Source: Candidatus Omnitrophota bacterium
GTDB lineage: Bacteria; Omnitrophota; Gorgyraeia; Zapsychrales; JANLHA01
Direction: 5' to 3'
Length of the DNA stretch: 64,000 nucleotides
NCBI GenBank assembly: GCA_040753435.1
Contig: JBFMEN010000062.1
Span: 6,726-70,725, forward strand
Shown: piece by piece, positions 1 through 10,470 of the stretch
Position numbering within the stretch: position 1 is the stretch's first letter
How the letters are laid out: each line of letters opens with the position of its first letter
The notes under the pieces: generated by a model
What the model saw: only the letters and a program-made list of their open reading frames with translations
Databases searched by the model: none
What the model was told of the DNA's origin: nothing
Position numbers and translations under genes: made by a program

Positions 1-357
1 GGGCGCGTGGAAGTTTATGTGCATCCCGGTAATAAGCTGGTGGCTATTGTTGAGGTGAGCTGCGAAACTGATTTTGTCGCCAGGAATGAAGACTTTATCA
101 GGTTTTCGAAAGATGTCGCCATGCAGATCGGAGCGATGGCGCCTCGCTATATTAAAGAAGCGGATATTCCGGAAGATGTTTTGGCGAGCATTGAGGATCG
201 CAAGGCCTATGTTAAGGAAAAATGCCTTATGAACCAGGCATTTATCAAGGATTCAAGCAAAACCATTCAGGATTATCTGAATGAGGTGATCGCCAGGATC
301 GGTGAAAATATTTTTGTCAATCGCTTCAACCGGTATAAGGTCGGTGAAGGTGAGTAA
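1..357 (+). CDS. tsf: Translation elongation factor Ts (5'-truncated by window edge; short-type EF-Ts)
   Basis: [13 protein letters not shown] motif, C-terminal '[13 protein letters not shown]', position upstream of pyrH-frr. Confidence 0.95.
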   Translation, partial: GRVEVYVHPGNKLVAIVEVSCETDFVARNEDFIRFSKDVAMQIGAMAPRYIKEADIPEDVLASIEDRKAYVKEKCLMNQAFIKDSSKTIQDYLNEVIARIGENIFVNRFNRYKVGEGE

Positions 358-1069
358 AGGACCTGCCTACAAAAAAGTTCTGTTGAAACTCAGCGGCGAG
401 GCCATGATGGGCTCCCAGGAGCACGGGATCGAGGCCGAGATGTGCGCTTCGCTGGCGCGGCAAATTAAAGAGGTTTGCGATCTGGGGGTGACCGTTGCTC
501 TGGTTGTGGGAGGCGGCAACATTTTCCGCGGTCAGGTAGCTTCAAAGGAATTCGGGCTGGACCGTTCGGTCGCCGATTATATGGGAATGCTTGCAACCGT
601 CCTGAATGGTCTGGCGCTTCAGAATGCGCTGGAAAAGATCGGGGTGCCTACCAGGGTGATGACGGCGATCCACATGAGCGCCGTGGCCGAACCGTACATC
701 CGGCGGCGCGCGATGAGGCATTTGGAAAAGGGAAGGGTCGTCATTTTTGTATCGGGTACAGGGAATCCGTATTTTACGACTGACACGGCGGCGGCCTTGA
801 GGGCGGCGGAGATCAATGCGGACGTTATTTTCAAAGCTACAAAAGTTGACGGGGTTTATTCTGCCGATCCGGTGAAGGATAAAGATGCGGTCAAATTCGA
901 CCGTTTGATGTTTATGGATGTTTTGAAGAAGGATTTGAGAGTTATGGATGCCACGGCTGTCAGCATGTGTATGAACAACAATATCCCCATCGTCGTTTTT
1001 AATTTGACGGTGGAAGGAAATATCATGAAGGCCGTGATGGGGGAAAACATTGGGACCATCGTTCAATAA
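350..1069 (+). CDS. pyrH: UMP kinase
   Basis: [33 protein letters not shown] motifs; likely GTG start at 350 overlapping tsf stop. Confidence 0.97.
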   Translation: MSKGPAYKKVLLKLSGEAMMGSQEHGIEAEMCASLARQIKEVCDLGVTVALVVGGGNIFRGQVASKEFGLDRSVADYMGMLATVLNGLALQNALEKIGVPTRVMTAIHMSAVAEPYIRRRAMRHLEKGRVVIFVSGTGNPYFTTDTAAALRAAEINADVIFKATKVDGVYSADPVKDKDAVKFDRLMFMDVLKKDLRVMDATAVSMCMNNNIPIVVFNLTVEGNIMKAVMGENIGTIVQ

Positions 1070-1080
1070 TGGAGGGGGCC

Positions 1081-1635
1081 ATGAAAGAAGTTAAGAAAGA
1101 TATTGAAGGAAAGATGCAGAAGGCGCTTGACGCAACGCGGCGTGAAATGTCTGAGGTCCGGACAGGCCGCGCCCATCCTGGTCTGATCGAAGGGATTCAT
1201 GTGGATTATTATGGGACTCCTACGTTACTGAAAACAATGGCGTCCATCACCATTCCCGACCCCCGCACTATCGTGATTCAGCCATGGGATCCTTCTGTCA
1301 TCCAGGCCATCGAAAAAGCGCTTCTGAATTCAAGCCTGGGGGTAACTCCGGCTGTTGATGGAAAGATCATTCGCGTAGGTCTTCCCCAATTGTCGGCCGA
1401 GCGGCGCCAGGAAATGCAAAAGCTCGCCAAGCATATGGCCGAGCAAGGGCGAGTTTCCTTGAGGACGATCCGCAGGGAAGCTAACGAAAAGATCAAGAAG
1501 ATGCAGTCGGAATCGCTCGTTTCGGAAGACGAAGGGTTCCGCGCCCAGGAAGAGATCCAGAAGCTCACGGACAAGTACATTAAAGAAATTGACGAGATGA
1601 TCGAGAAAAAGATAAAAGAATTGGTTGAGATTTAA
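1081..1635 (+). CDS. frr: Ribosome recycling factor
   Basis: VRTGRAHP, VDYYG, IQPWD motifs; GGAGG SD before ATG 1081. Confidence 0.97.
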   Translation: MKEVKKDIEGKMQKALDATRREMSEVRTGRAHPGLIEGIHVDYYGTPTLLKTMASITIPDPRTIVIQPWDPSVIQAIEKALLNSSLGVTPAVDGKIIRVGLPQLSAERRQEMQKLAKHMAEQGRVSLRTIRREANEKIKKMQSESLVSEDEGFRAQEEIQKLTDKYIKEIDEMIEKKIKELVEI

Positions 1636-1671
1636 TTTTTTTTGTGCTTTAATACACATTCTTTGAAAAAA

Positions 1672-1749
1672 ACACAGGAAACACGTTGCAAGACACAAGG
1701 AGCTTTAAGCTTTTTGCTTTTTGTGGGCCTTGTGTCATGTGCCTTGTGA
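1672..1749. repeat. Inverted array of degenerate ~8-nt repeats
   Basis: GACACAAGG (1692-1700) / CCTTGTGTC (1728-1736) perfect inverted pair within ACAC../..GTGT repeat arms. Confidence 0.55.
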
Positions 1750-1757
1750 TATGTTTC

Positions 1758-1833
1758 GACCCACTAGCTCATCTGGTAGAGCACAGCCCTTTTAAGGCTG
1801 GTGTGCCGCGTTCGAGTCGCGGGTGGGTCACCA
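1758..1833 (+). tRNA. tRNA-Lys(UUU), CCA encoded
   Basis: Full cloverleaf: GACCCAC/GTGGGTC acceptor, CAGCC-CTTTTAA-GGCTG anticodon arm, TTCGAGT T-loop. Confidence 0.96.
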
Positions 1834-1837
1834 ATTT

Positions 1838-1982
1838 AGTACTTAGTACTGAGAAATAAGTAGTAAGAAACAGGGTAAAATCATTTGGAAAAATGAAAAG
1901 GGCGGATAAAATAGAGAAGTAAGTTTTTAGGCTTGTTTTTCCGGTTTTTGGTTTTTCTTATTTCTTACTGCTTATTTCTTAT
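1838..1982. repeat. Inverted array of 7-nt repeats between tRNA-Lys and tRNA-Leu
   Basis: AGAAATAAGTAGTAAGAAA (1852-1870) vs TTTCTTACTGCTTATTTCT (1961-1979), 18/19 complementary. Confidence 0.75.
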
Positions 1983-1992
1983 CGCTATGACA

Positions 1993-2074
1993 GGGCGAGT
2001 GGCGAAATTGGTATACGCGCTAGTCTTAGGAACTAGTGCCGAAAGGCTTGGAGGTTCAAGTCCTCTCTCGCCCA
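1993..2074 (+). tRNA. tRNA-Leu(UAG)
   Basis: GGGCGAG/CTCGCCC acceptor, CTAGT-CTTAGGA-ACTAG anticodon arm, long variable arm, TTCAAGT T-loop; CCA not encoded. Confidence 0.96.
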
Positions 2075-2236
2075 TTTACGACGTAAGCAAAAGAGGCAAG
2101 TCGTAAAAAGATTTCTTTGAGAAACAGCAGTCGCCAAGCTGCAATAATGATTCATTGTCAGTAGAACGGTACAACAAAACGGAACTCCCGGTTTGTTGTT
2201 TTGCTTCGCACTGCGGCATATCTTAAGACTTAAGAT

Positions 2237-2310
2237 GCGGCGGTAATTCAGTTGGCTAGAATGCCACCTTGCCAAGGTGGATGTCGTGGGTTCGAATCCC
2301 ATCCGCCGCT
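2237..2310 (+). tRNA. tRNA-Gly(GCC)
   Basis: GCGGCGG/CCGCCGC acceptor, CCACC-TTGCCAA-GGTGG anticodon arm, TTCGAAT T-loop, U73. Confidence 0.96.
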
Positions 2311-2413
2311 TTTAAATGCTTTCTTCAACGCTCAGCGTGGACGAACAGGCCGGCAAAAACAGGTTCGTTTACAATGTTTTTACATTCGTCTTGCTTCAAG
2401 GAGGTTATTGTTT

Positions 2414-2884
2414 ATGAAGATACGAGATTTTTTGTGCAGTGAGGCCGTGACGGCTGATCTGAAATCAACAACAAAAAAAGAAGTCATTCAGGAACTTGTC
2501 GATCTTCTTGTGAAAGCAGGGGCGGTTGAAAAAAAGATCCGCGGGAAACTCGTCGATATCTTGATGGCCAGAGAATCCCTGGGGTCCACTGCTATCGGGC
2601 AGGGGATTGCCATTCCGCACGGAAAGTGCGAGCAAGTCCTGAAATTGACCGCAGCCCTGGGGATCAGCAAGACCGGAGTGAATTTTGATTCTCTTGATGG
2701 TGAACCAGCTTACATTTTCTTTTTGCTCGTGGCGCCAGTTGATTCTTCAGGACCTCATCTGAAGGCCCTGGCCAGAATTTCCCGTCTGTTAAAGGATAAA
2801 TTCTACCGCGAAAATTTAAAGAGTTCAAAAGACGCCAAAGAAATCTTGAGCCTTTTGAACCAGGAAGACAATTCCGCTCAATAG
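2414..2884 (+). CDS. PTS EIIA component (Fru/Ntr-type)
   Basis: RESLGSTAIGQGIAIPHG phospho-His motif, HLKALARISRLL; GGAGG SD before ATG 2414. Confidence 0.92.
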   Translation: MKIRDFLCSEAVTADLKSTTKKEVIQELVDLLVKAGAVEKKIRGKLVDILMARESLGSTAIGQGIAIPHGKCEQVLKLTAALGISKTGVNFDSLDGEPAYIFFLLVAPVDSSGPHLKALARISRLLKDKFYRENLKSSKDAKEILSLLNQEDNSAQ

Positions 2885-2887
2885 ACC

Positions 2888-4126
2888 ATGTCCAGTAACC
2901 TGATCAAATGGCTTTACCCCGGCATGAATATCAAACGCTGGTTATTCATGTCTTTGTTAGGTGTCGGAATTGTCGCGGGCGGCGCGATGACCCTGGCCGC
3001 GGAATATCAGTTTGTGCGTGTTTTCGGCGTGGTCATCGTCCTTTGCGGCGTGGTTATGATCGTTATGGGCATGGGGAAAATGATTGTTTCCCTGATCACC
3101 CTTTTTCTTCCCAAAGGCGAACGCGAACTTGTTAATATTCTTTACCAGCGGCGGTACCTTGAACGGGGACCAAAGATCGTATGTATCGGAGGCGGACACG
3201 GGCTTTCCCATCTGCTGTTAGGTTTGAAAGAATACACATCGAACCTGACGGCCATTGTAACGGTCGCCGACAGCGGGGGTTCCTCTGGAAGACTGAGGGA
3301 GGAATTCAATATTGTCGCCCCGGGGGACATTCGTAACTGTCTCGTTGCCCTGGCCGACGCCCCGGCGTTAATGGGCGAGCTTTTTCAGTTCCGGTTTTCC
3401 CAGGATTCGGCCCTGCAGGGACACAATTTCGGAAATTTATTTTTAACCGCTATGGTTCAGTTGACCGGCGATTTCGAAAAAGCGGTCCAGGAATCCTCAA
3501 AGGTTCTTGCTGTCCGCGGCAATGTCGTTCCGTCTACGGTTTCAAACGTCCATCTCGTCGCCGAATATGAAGACGGAAGCGTGACGAAAGGGGAGGCTGA
3601 TATCCCCAACAGCCGCTCCCGGATTAAACGCGTGTTCCTGAATCCCGATCATCCTCCTGCGACCAAACAAGCCCTGGATGCGATTGCAGAGGCAGACATT
3701 ATCGTTTTCGGCCCAGGGAGTCTTTATACCAGCATTATTCCGAATATCATTGTCGATGGAATGACCGAGGCGATTTGCGCTTCGAACGCGTTTAAAATTT
3801 ATGTCTGCAATGTCATGACCCAGCCGGGGGAAAGCGGCGGATATTCGGCCGGCGATCATTTAAAGGCGATTATCGATCATTCGGACAGGGATTTGCTTGA
3901 CGCATGTCTTATCAATAATGCGGCGGTTCCGGATGAAGCCCTGCGGCGTTACCGGACCGGCGATTCATTCCCGGTTGAAGCCGATTGTGAACGCATCCGG
4001 GAAATGGGATACAAGGTTTACGCGACGGATTTGCTTGAGGTGGAGAACTTCATCCGCCATGATTCGGAAAAACTGACAAAGGCCTTAATCAGGCTGATCG
4101 AGCAATATAGGGTCATAAAAAGATAA
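2888..4126 (+). CDS. yvcK: YvcK/GlmR (CofD-like) family protein with N-terminal transmembrane extension
   Basis: IGGGHGL, TVADSGGSSGRLR, PGDIRNCL, GPGSLYTSIIPN, RHDSEKL motifs. Confidence 0.92.
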   Translation: MSSNLIKWLYPGMNIKRWLFMSLLGVGIVAGGAMTLAAEYQFVRVFGVVIVLCGVVMIVMGMGKMIVSLITLFLPKGERELVNILYQRRYLERGPKIVCIGGGHGLSHLLLGLKEYTSNLTAIVTVADSGGSSGRLREEFNIVAPGDIRNCLVALADAPALMGELFQFRFSQDSALQGHNFGNLFLTAMVQLTGDFEKAVQESSKVLAVRGNVVPSTVSNVHLVAEYEDGSVTKGEADIPNSRSRIKRVFLNPDHPPATKQALDAIAEADIIVFGPGSLYTSIIPNIIVDGMTEAICASNAFKIYVCNVMTQPGESGGYSAGDHLKAIIDHSDRDLLDACLINNAAVPDEALRRYRTGDSFPVEADCERIREMGYKVYATDLLEVENFIRHDSEKLTKALIRLIEQYRVIKR

Positions 4127-4389
4127 TGGAAAAAATAGAAAAAGACGTTACAATAAAGAACGCTCAAGGTCTTCATGCCCGTCCGGCCGCGTTATTCGTG
4201 CAGATTGCGGCCAAATACGACGCTTCCCTGACAGTGCAGAAGGGAAACGAAATCGTCAACGGGAAGTCGATCATGGGCATTTTAATGTTGGGCGCGCAAC
4301 AGAACAGCCAGATCAGGCTTTGCGCCGAAGGTGAAGACGCCCGGCAATTGATCGAGGATCTCGAGTCTTTTCTGCAAAAAAATGAATGA
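4126..4389 (+). CDS. ptsH: Phosphocarrier protein HPr
   Basis: GLHARPA (His15) and NGKSIMGIL (Ser46) motifs. Confidence 0.96.
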   Translation: MEKIEKDVTIKNAQGLHARPAALFVQIAAKYDASLTVQKGNEIVNGKSIMGILMLGAQQNSQIRLCAEGEDARQLIEDLESFLQKNE

Positions 4390-6142
4390 AATAATTTTAA
4401 AAGGTATTCCCGCCGCACCAGGCATCACGATCGGTCCAGCCTATATATTGGATAAGCAGGAAATTATTGTCGCTCCGCGTGACATCGTTGAACAGGAGAT
4501 CCCTATTGAGATAGCGCGTTTCGAAGAGGCGCTGATCAAAACGCGCGAAGAAATCGCCGGGTTGAAACGCAAGATCACCGATGAAATGGGGGCCCAGCAC
4601 GCCCAGATCTTCGACGCCCATTTGCTCGCCCTTGAAGACCGCATGCTGATTGAGGACGTCATCAAGGGCATCCGCCAGCAAAAGCAGTCTGCGGAGTTCG
4701 TCTTTTCGCGTGTCCTGAAAAAATATATCAAAATATTTTCCGAGATGCAGGACGAGTATCTGCGCGACCGCATGGCGGACATCAACGATATCGGACGACG
4801 GGTTTTAAAAAACCTGATGGATGAAGACAAGCTCCACGAGCTCGACACCCTGACTGAGGATCTTATTATCATCGCCCATGACCTTTCTCCCTCTGACACG
4901 GTCTGCATGTTCAGGAAGAACATCCTGGCCTTTGCCACGGACGTGGGAAGCCGGACGTCTCATACCGCGATCATGGCCAAGTCGCTCGGGGTCCCTGCTG
5001 TCGTCGGATTGAAGGATGCCACATTGCGGATCACGAATCAGGACACCCTGATCGTCGACGGCAGGATGGGTCTGATTATCGTTCACCCTTCGGCCCGAAC
5101 CCTTGATATTTATAAACAGGAGCAGGAACGTCTGGTTTCGTTGCGCCACCGTTTTGACGATGTCCGCGAACTTCCGGCCCAGACTATTGACGGGCACCGG
5201 GTTGAAATCATTGCAAACCTCGAGGTCCCGGATGAGTTGAGTATCGTGAAACGGCAGGGCGCCGACGGTATCGGCTTGTACCGGACAGAATATTTTTATA
5301 TGAACAGGGCGGACTTGCCAACGGAAGATGAACAGCTCGAGGCTTACAGCCGTGTAGGGAGAGAGATGGGATCGAAACCGGTCACTATCCGCACCGTCGA
5401 TCTTGGAGGCGATAAATTTATTTCCAGTGTTCAGATCCCGCGGGACATGTATCCGTTTCTGGGATGGCGTGCCATTAAATTCTGCCTGGCCCGCCCCGAT
5501 ATTTTCAAGACCCAGCTGCGGGCGTTACTGCGCGCTTCGGTCAGCGAAAACATCCGTATCATGTATCCCATGGTTTCAGGCGTGGCCGAACTCCGTCAGG
5601 CCAACGCGGTCCTTGACGAGGCTAAAAAGGAACTGCGCGAGGAAGGGATTCCCTTTAACGAACAGATGCAAGTCGGAGTGATGATTGAACTGCCTTCGGC
5701 GGCGATAACCGCAGATTTGCTGGCAAAGGAAGCCGATTTCTTCAGCATCGGCACCAATGATTTGATTCAGTATACCCTGGCCGTAGATCGCGGCAACGAG
5801 CAGATGGCGGACTTCTATGAGCCGAGCCATCCGTCGGTTCTTCGTTTTATCAGAATTACGATTGAGGCCGCCCATCGGGCCAACATCCGTGTGGCTTTGT
5901 GCGGTGAAATGGCCAGCGAGCCTCATCTTGCCCTGTTGTTGCTGGGGCTCGGGCTGGATGAATTCAGCATGCCTCCGTTAAGCATGCTTCAGATCAAAAA
6001 ACTGATCTGTTCGATTAGACTGAGTGATGCCCGCGCTCTTGCGGAACAAGTCCTTGAGATGCAGACCGGGCATGAGATTGACGCGTTTTGCAAGAAGCGG
6101 GTAAAGGAAATGGCTCCCAATGTGTTTAAAATGGACGAGTGA
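4382..6142 (+). CDS. ptsI: PEP-protein phosphotransferase, PTS enzyme I
   Basis: GSRTSHTAIMA, GIGLYRTE, DFFSIGTNDLIQY, LCGEMA motifs. Confidence 0.96.
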   Translation: MNEIILKGIPAAPGITIGPAYILDKQEIIVAPRDIVEQEIPIEIARFEEALIKTREEIAGLKRKITDEMGAQHAQIFDAHLLALEDRMLIEDVIKGIRQQKQSAEFVFSRVLKKYIKIFSEMQDEYLRDRMADINDIGRRVLKNLMDEDKLHELDTLTEDLIIIAHDLSPSDTVCMFRKNILAFATDVGSRTSHTAIMAKSLGVPAVVGLKDATLRITNQDTLIVDGRMGLIIVHPSARTLDIYKQEQERLVSLRHRFDDVRELPAQTIDGHRVEIIANLEVPDELSIVKRQGADGIGLYRTEYFYMNRADLPTEDEQLEAYSRVGREMGSKPVTIRTVDLGGDKFISSVQIPRDMYPFLGWRAIKFCLARPDIFKTQLRALLRASVSENIRIMYPMVSGVAELRQANAVLDEAKKELREEGIPFNEQMQVGVMIELPSAAITADLLAKEADFFSIGTNDLIQYTLAVDRGNEQMADFYEPSHPSVLRFIRITIEAAHRANIRVALCGEMASEPHLALLLLGLGLDEFSMPPLSMLQIKKLICSIRLSDARALAEQVLEMQTGHEIDAFCKKRVKEMAPNVFKMDE

Positions 6143-6146
6143 TTTT

Positions 6147-6213
6147 GCGTATGCTGTGGCGGATGTGTAGCGTATTGTTTATGGCGTATGGCAGTTATAA
6201 GCAATAAGCGATA
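6147..6213. repeat. Degenerate heptad-repeat inverted array
   Basis: Repeated GCGTAT(G/T) units followed by ATAAGC-like units. Confidence 0.45.
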
Positions 6214-6227
6214 AAGTGGAGGATATG

Positions 6228-6962
6228 ATGAAGGTACTGATTTTGGCGGCGGGATACGGGACACGGCTTTATCCGATTGTCAAGAACACGCCAAAGCCCC
6301 TGCTTGATATAGGGGGGAAGTCTTTGATCGATCATCTTCTCGATAAAGTAAAGACGGCGGGCGGGCTTTCGGAAGTGATCGTGGTGACGAATGACAAATT
6401 CTATGGCTTGTTTCACCTTTGGGCTAAGAAAAAGGATTTTTGCGCGCCTGTCACCGTCATCAATGACGGGACATCTTCACCGGAAGACCGTCTCGGTTCG
6501 GTCGGTGATATTGAATTCGTTCTTAATAATTATGTGATCGATGATGACCTTCTCGTGCTCGGAGGGGACAATCTTTTTGATTACACCCTGGACGACTACG
6601 TAGCCTTTGCCAGGAAAAATAATCCGTCGGTAACGATCGGTTTGTATGATATCCATTCTCTGAAAGATGCCGCGCGATTCGGTGTGGTTGAAATTTACGA
6701 CAACGGGCGGATCAGGACTTTTGAGGAAAAGCCGATGAGACCAAAATCATCGCTGATCGCGATGTGCTCGTACTATTTTCCTCAAAGATCGCTGGATCTG
6801 ATTCATGAATACATGCGAACCAACCGGCATACGGACAAGGCCGGTGATTATATCCAGTGGCTTGTCGGGAAAGCCGATGTGTATGGATTTGAGTTTAAAG
6901 GGACATGGTACGATATTGGCAGTATCGAGTCTTTAAAGGAAGCCCGGTCGAAATTCAAGTGA
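6228..6962 (+). CDS. Sugar-phosphate nucleotidyltransferase family protein
   Basis: [13 protein letters not shown]...PKPLL, GGDN, FEEKP, WYDIGS motifs. Confidence 0.9.
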   Translation: MKVLILAAGYGTRLYPIVKNTPKPLLDIGGKSLIDHLLDKVKTAGGLSEVIVVTNDKFYGLFHLWAKKKDFCAPVTVINDGTSSPEDRLGSVGDIEFVLNNYVIDDDLLVLGGDNLFDYTLDDYVAFARKNNPSVTIGLYDIHSLKDAARFGVVEIYDNGRIRTFEEKPMRPKSSLIAMCSYYFPQRSLDLIHEYMRTNRHTDKAGDYIQWLVGKADVYGFEFKGTWYDIGSIESLKEARSKFK

Positions 6963-7041
6963 GCCCGGGCTTCAGGAATATTCAAGTTGCTCAGCGACAC
7001 AATTTTATCAACTACTCATTGTTTTAAAGAAAGGACACGAC

Positions 7042-8223
7042 GTGAAAGGGCAATATTTCATCACCTCTGAATCTGTAGGAAAAGGCCATCCGGACAAAGT
7101 CTGCGATCAGATTTCTGACGCGGTGCTTGATTCGATTTTAAAGGAAGATCCGAGAGGCCGGGTCGCCTGTGAAACTTTTATTACCGCCGGTTTGGTTATC
7201 GTCGGCGGTGAAATCACGACAAAGACTTATGTGGACGTCCACCGCCTGGTACGGAACGTTTTGAGAGGAATCGGTTATACCCATCAAAAATACGGTTTCT
7301 CCGCTGACACCTGCGCGATCCTCAATGCCATTAACGGCCAGTCCCCTGACATTTCCCAGGGTGTTGATGCCGGAGGCGCCGGTGATCAGGGAATCATGAT
7401 CGGGTACGCCTGTGATGACACGCCCGAACTTATGCCGATGCCGATCATGCTGGCGCATCAGCTGGTGAAACGCATCGAGGACGTTCGGAAGGAAGGGATC
7501 CTTGCTTATCTCGGTCCCGATTGCAAAAGCCAGGTCACTGTCGAGTATGACGGAGACAGCGCCAGGCGCATTGACGCCGTTGTTCTGGCTTGCCAGCACA
7601 CGGAAGAGATCCTTGACAAGAGCGGCAAGGCGATCACACCCGAAGCTCGTCAGGAAATCATTGACGTGATTGCCAAACCCGTTGTTGGCCGCTTGATCGA
7701 TAAGAATACTAAATTTTATGTTAATGAAACAGGGAAATTCGTCGTTGGCGGACCTCAGTCCGACACGGGAATGACGGGACGCAAAATCATTGTCGATACT
7801 TACGGCGGCGTCGTTTCCCACGGCGGCGGGGCTTTTTCAGGAAAGGATCCGACCAAGGTTGACCGTTCCGCGACTTATATGGCCCGTTACGTCGCAAAAA
7901 ATATCGTTGCCGCCAAATTGGCCAGGAAGTGCTGGGTCCAGTTGGGTTATGCCATCGGAAAGGCTGAACCTGTTTCCGTGATGGTCGACACATTTGGCAC
8001 CGGGCATATTGCCGAGCAGAAACTTGTGGAACTTGTCCGCAAGCATTTTGATCTGACTCCCAAAGGAATTATCAAGGCCCTCGATCTGCTAAAACCGGTT
8101 TATCAGCAGACTGCGGCTTACGGGCATTTTGGCCGTCCGGAATTCTCCTGGGAGCAAACGGACAAGGCTGCCCAGCTTGAGAAAGACGCAAAACGGCAGG
8201 CGGAATTGGTAACGAATCAATAA
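7042..8223 (+). CDS. metK: S-adenosylmethionine synthetase
   Basis: [41 protein letters not shown]. Confidence 0.98.
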   Translation: MKGQYFITSESVGKGHPDKVCDQISDAVLDSILKEDPRGRVACETFITAGLVIVGGEITTKTYVDVHRLVRNVLRGIGYTHQKYGFSADTCAILNAINGQSPDISQGVDAGGAGDQGIMIGYACDDTPELMPMPIMLAHQLVKRIEDVRKEGILAYLGPDCKSQVTVEYDGDSARRIDAVVLACQHTEEILDKSGKAITPEARQEIIDVIAKPVVGRLIDKNTKFYVNETGKFVVGGPQSDTGMTGRKIIVDTYGGVVSHGGGAFSGKDPTKVDRSATYMARYVAKNIVAAKLARKCWVQLGYAIGKAEPVSVMVDTFGTGHIAEQKLVELVRKHFDLTPKGIIKALDLLKPVYQQTAAYGHFGRPEFSWEQTDKAAQLEKDAKRQAELVTNQ

Positions 8224-8312
8224 TGAATTATTCGTTTTGGAGTTACCCGCCTTATCATCGGATATTGGGGCGGTCAATTTTTAATCAATTATAATTTTTC
8301 TGAGAGGAAGTC

Positions 8313-9710
8313 ATGCCCGATTATAAAGTGAAGGATATGTCCCTGGCGGCCTTCGGCCATAAAGAAATTGAATTGGCCGAGAAGGAAATGCCGGGGTTGA
8401 TGGCCCTGAGGAATAAGTACGGAAAAGACAAGCCGCTGAAAGGCGCCCGCATCACGGGTTCCCTTCACATGACGATTCAGACTGCGGTCCTGATCAAGAC
8501 GTTGCACGAGCTTGGCGCCGACGTGCGCTGGGCAAGCTGCAATATTTTTTCGACCCAGGATCATGCCGCGGCTGCAATCGCCGATCTTGGCATTCCGGTC
8601 TTTGCCTGGAAAGGGGAAGCCCTCAAGGATTACTGGTGGTGTACAAAAATGGCGCTTTCCTTCCCGGATGGAAAAGGTCCGACTCTGATCGTCGATGACG
8701 GCGGGGACGCGACTCTGATGGTTCACCGCGGTTTTGATGCGGAGAAAGACCCGTCGATCCTGGACCGTCATGCCGATACTGAAGACGAGGAGACTCTTAA
8801 CGCCTGTCTGAAAGAGATTCTCGCCGAGGACCCGCAAAAATGGCGGAAGATCGCCAAAGAGATCAAGGGGGTTTCCGAGGAAACGACGACCGGCGTTCAT
8901 CGGCTCTATCAGATGATGAAAGAGAAACGCCTTCTGTTTCCGGCTTTTAACGTGAATGATTCGGTAACAAAGTCCAAATTCGATAATCTTTACGGCTGTC
9001 GTGAATCCCTGGCCGATGGTATAAAGCGGGCGACTGATGTAATGGTGGCGGGAAAGGTCGTTATCGTCTGCGGTTACGGCGATGTCGGAAAGGGCTGCGC
9101 CCATTCGATGAGGAGTTACGGGGCGCGTGTCATCATTACCGAGATTGATCCGATCTGCGCTTTGCAGGCAGCCATGGAAGGGTATGAAGTGACCGTCATC
9201 GAAGATGCACTGACCGAAGGGGATATTTACGTGACCGCAACCGGAAACTGCAATGTCCTAACTGCCGAGCATATGTCGAAAATGAAAGACCAGGCGATTG
9301 TCTGTAACATCGGGCATTTTGATAATGAAATCGAGGTGGGGAAACTCCAGAAATGGCCAGGCATACGGAAAGAAAACATCAAGCCCCAGGTCGATCAGTA
9401 TTATTTTCCTGATGGCCATTCGATCATTTTGCTGGCCGAAGGCCGGTTGGTGAACCTGGGTTGTGCGACAGGCCATCCCTCATTTGTCATGAGCAATTCG
9501 TTCACGAACCAGACTCTCGCCCAGATTGAGCTTTGGACCAAGGACTATGCCATCGGCGTGTATTGCCTGCCCAAACATCTCGACGAGGAAGTCGCGCGGC
9601 TGCATCTTGGCCGGCTGGGAGTCAAATTAACGAAGCTGACGGAAAAACAGGCGAAGTACCTTGATATTCCTGTTAACGGCCCGTTTAAATCCGAACATTA
9701 CAGGTATTAA
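8313..9710 (+). CDS. ahcY: Adenosylhomocysteinase
   Basis: [39 protein letters not shown], terminal YRY. Confidence 0.98.
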   Translation: MPDYKVKDMSLAAFGHKEIELAEKEMPGLMALRNKYGKDKPLKGARITGSLHMTIQTAVLIKTLHELGADVRWASCNIFSTQDHAAAAIADLGIPVFAWKGEALKDYWWCTKMALSFPDGKGPTLIVDDGGDATLMVHRGFDAEKDPSILDRHADTEDEETLNACLKEILAEDPQKWRKIAKEIKGVSEETTTGVHRLYQMMKEKRLLFPAFNVNDSVTKSKFDNLYGCRESLADGIKRATDVMVAGKVVIVCGYGDVGKGCAHSMRSYGARVIITEIDPICALQAAMEGYEVTVIEDALTEGDIYVTATGNCNVLTAEHMSKMKDQAIVCNIGHFDNEIEVGKLQKWPGIRKENIKPQVDQYYFPDGHSIILLAEGRLVNLGCATGHPSFVMSNSFTNQTLAQIELWTKDYAIGVYCLPKHLDEEVARLHLGRLGVKLTKLTEKQAKYLDIPVNGPFKSEHYRY

Positions 9711-9716
9711 AAAGCT

Positions 9717-9756
9717 GAAGGATAAGGTCTGAAAGTTTTTTTCAACCTTATCCTTC
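9717..9756. repeat. 12-bp inverted repeat after ahcY (possible terminator or repeat-array remnant)
   Basis: GAAGGATAAGGT (9717-9728) / ACCTTATCCTTC (9745-9756). Confidence 0.6.
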
Positions 9757-9767
9757 CTTGTTTTATC

Positions 9768-10457
9768 ATGAAAGTCTGCCTCCGTTGCGAAGAGTTCTTT
9801 CAGGAAGGGACGATGGCTTGCAGCCGCTGCAACGGGCAGCTTGAAGAAATTTCGTTTGTCCAGGCGCTGCAGTTAACCCGTAAACGTTCCCTCGAGAAAC
9901 AAATCTCCAGCCAGGCGACAAGACCAGACGCTTATAAAGAATATTTGATCCGTCGTTATCTCGGCGATGATTCATTGTTTTTACTCTACGATATTGCCAG
10001 GAACCGCCTGAAACACGGCAGGGATCCAAAGCGTTTCTTTATTCAGCCGATCAACTTTACCGCCTTCTTTAACATCCCGTGGTTTCTTTTTAATGTTCTC
10101 AGCACCAATTCTTTTCATATGAGCCACACAGGTTTCTGCGAAAGATGCAGCTGTAAATTTATCCCCGGGCGCCATTCCCGGGAAGAATGCGACTACAATA
10201 CAGAGTATTTCAGCATTATTGACGATGTTATGACGGGAAACATTGTTAACACCCGTTTTATTTATAAACAATACGGGAGTGAAAATAAAAAGCAGGGTAA
10301 GCGCAGCGCCTATTATGACCTTTTTGAACGGAGGGTGAAGGTTGAAGCCTTTTTTGATTTGTTATCCATCGGGCTGTCATTAATGTTTTGGGTGTTCATC
10401 GTGATTTATATTACGTTTCCGTTCATTAAAGCGTTTTTTCAGGACATCTACGGTTAA
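9768..10457 (+). CDS. Hypothetical Cys-rich membrane-anchored protein
   Basis: N-terminal CxxC-x10-CxxC, second HxxxCxxCxC..H..C cluster, C-terminal hydrophobic helix. Confidence 0.75.
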   Translation: MKVCLRCEEFFQEGTMACSRCNGQLEEISFVQALQLTRKRSLEKQISSQATRPDAYKEYLIRRYLGDDSLFLLYDIARNRLKHGRDPKRFFIQPINFTAFFNIPWFLFNVLSTNSFHMSHTGFCERCSCKFIPGRHSREECDYNTEYFSIIDDVMTGNIVNTRFIYKQYGSENKKQGKRSAYYDLFERRVKVEAFFDLLSIGLSLMFWVFIVIYITFPFIKAFFQDIYG

Positions 10458-10470
10458 GGAGAGCGACGTT

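Noticed and set aside
2252-2413. N-terminal extension of ORF 2252..2884 and ORF 2033..2302(-)
   Set aside because: They overlap tRNA-Gly/tRNA-Leu; the real EIIA start with SD is ATG 2414
6940-7041. Possible SAM riboswitch upstream of metK
   Set aside because: Only a GAAGCCCGG/CCGGGCTTC hairpin spanning the upstream stop; no SAM-I/II core recognisable and the spacer is short
8224-8312. Possible SAH riboswitch upstream of ahcY
   Set aside because: Simple CCGCC/GGCGG hairpin; lacks the GAGGAGCG...CAGGCTC-type core
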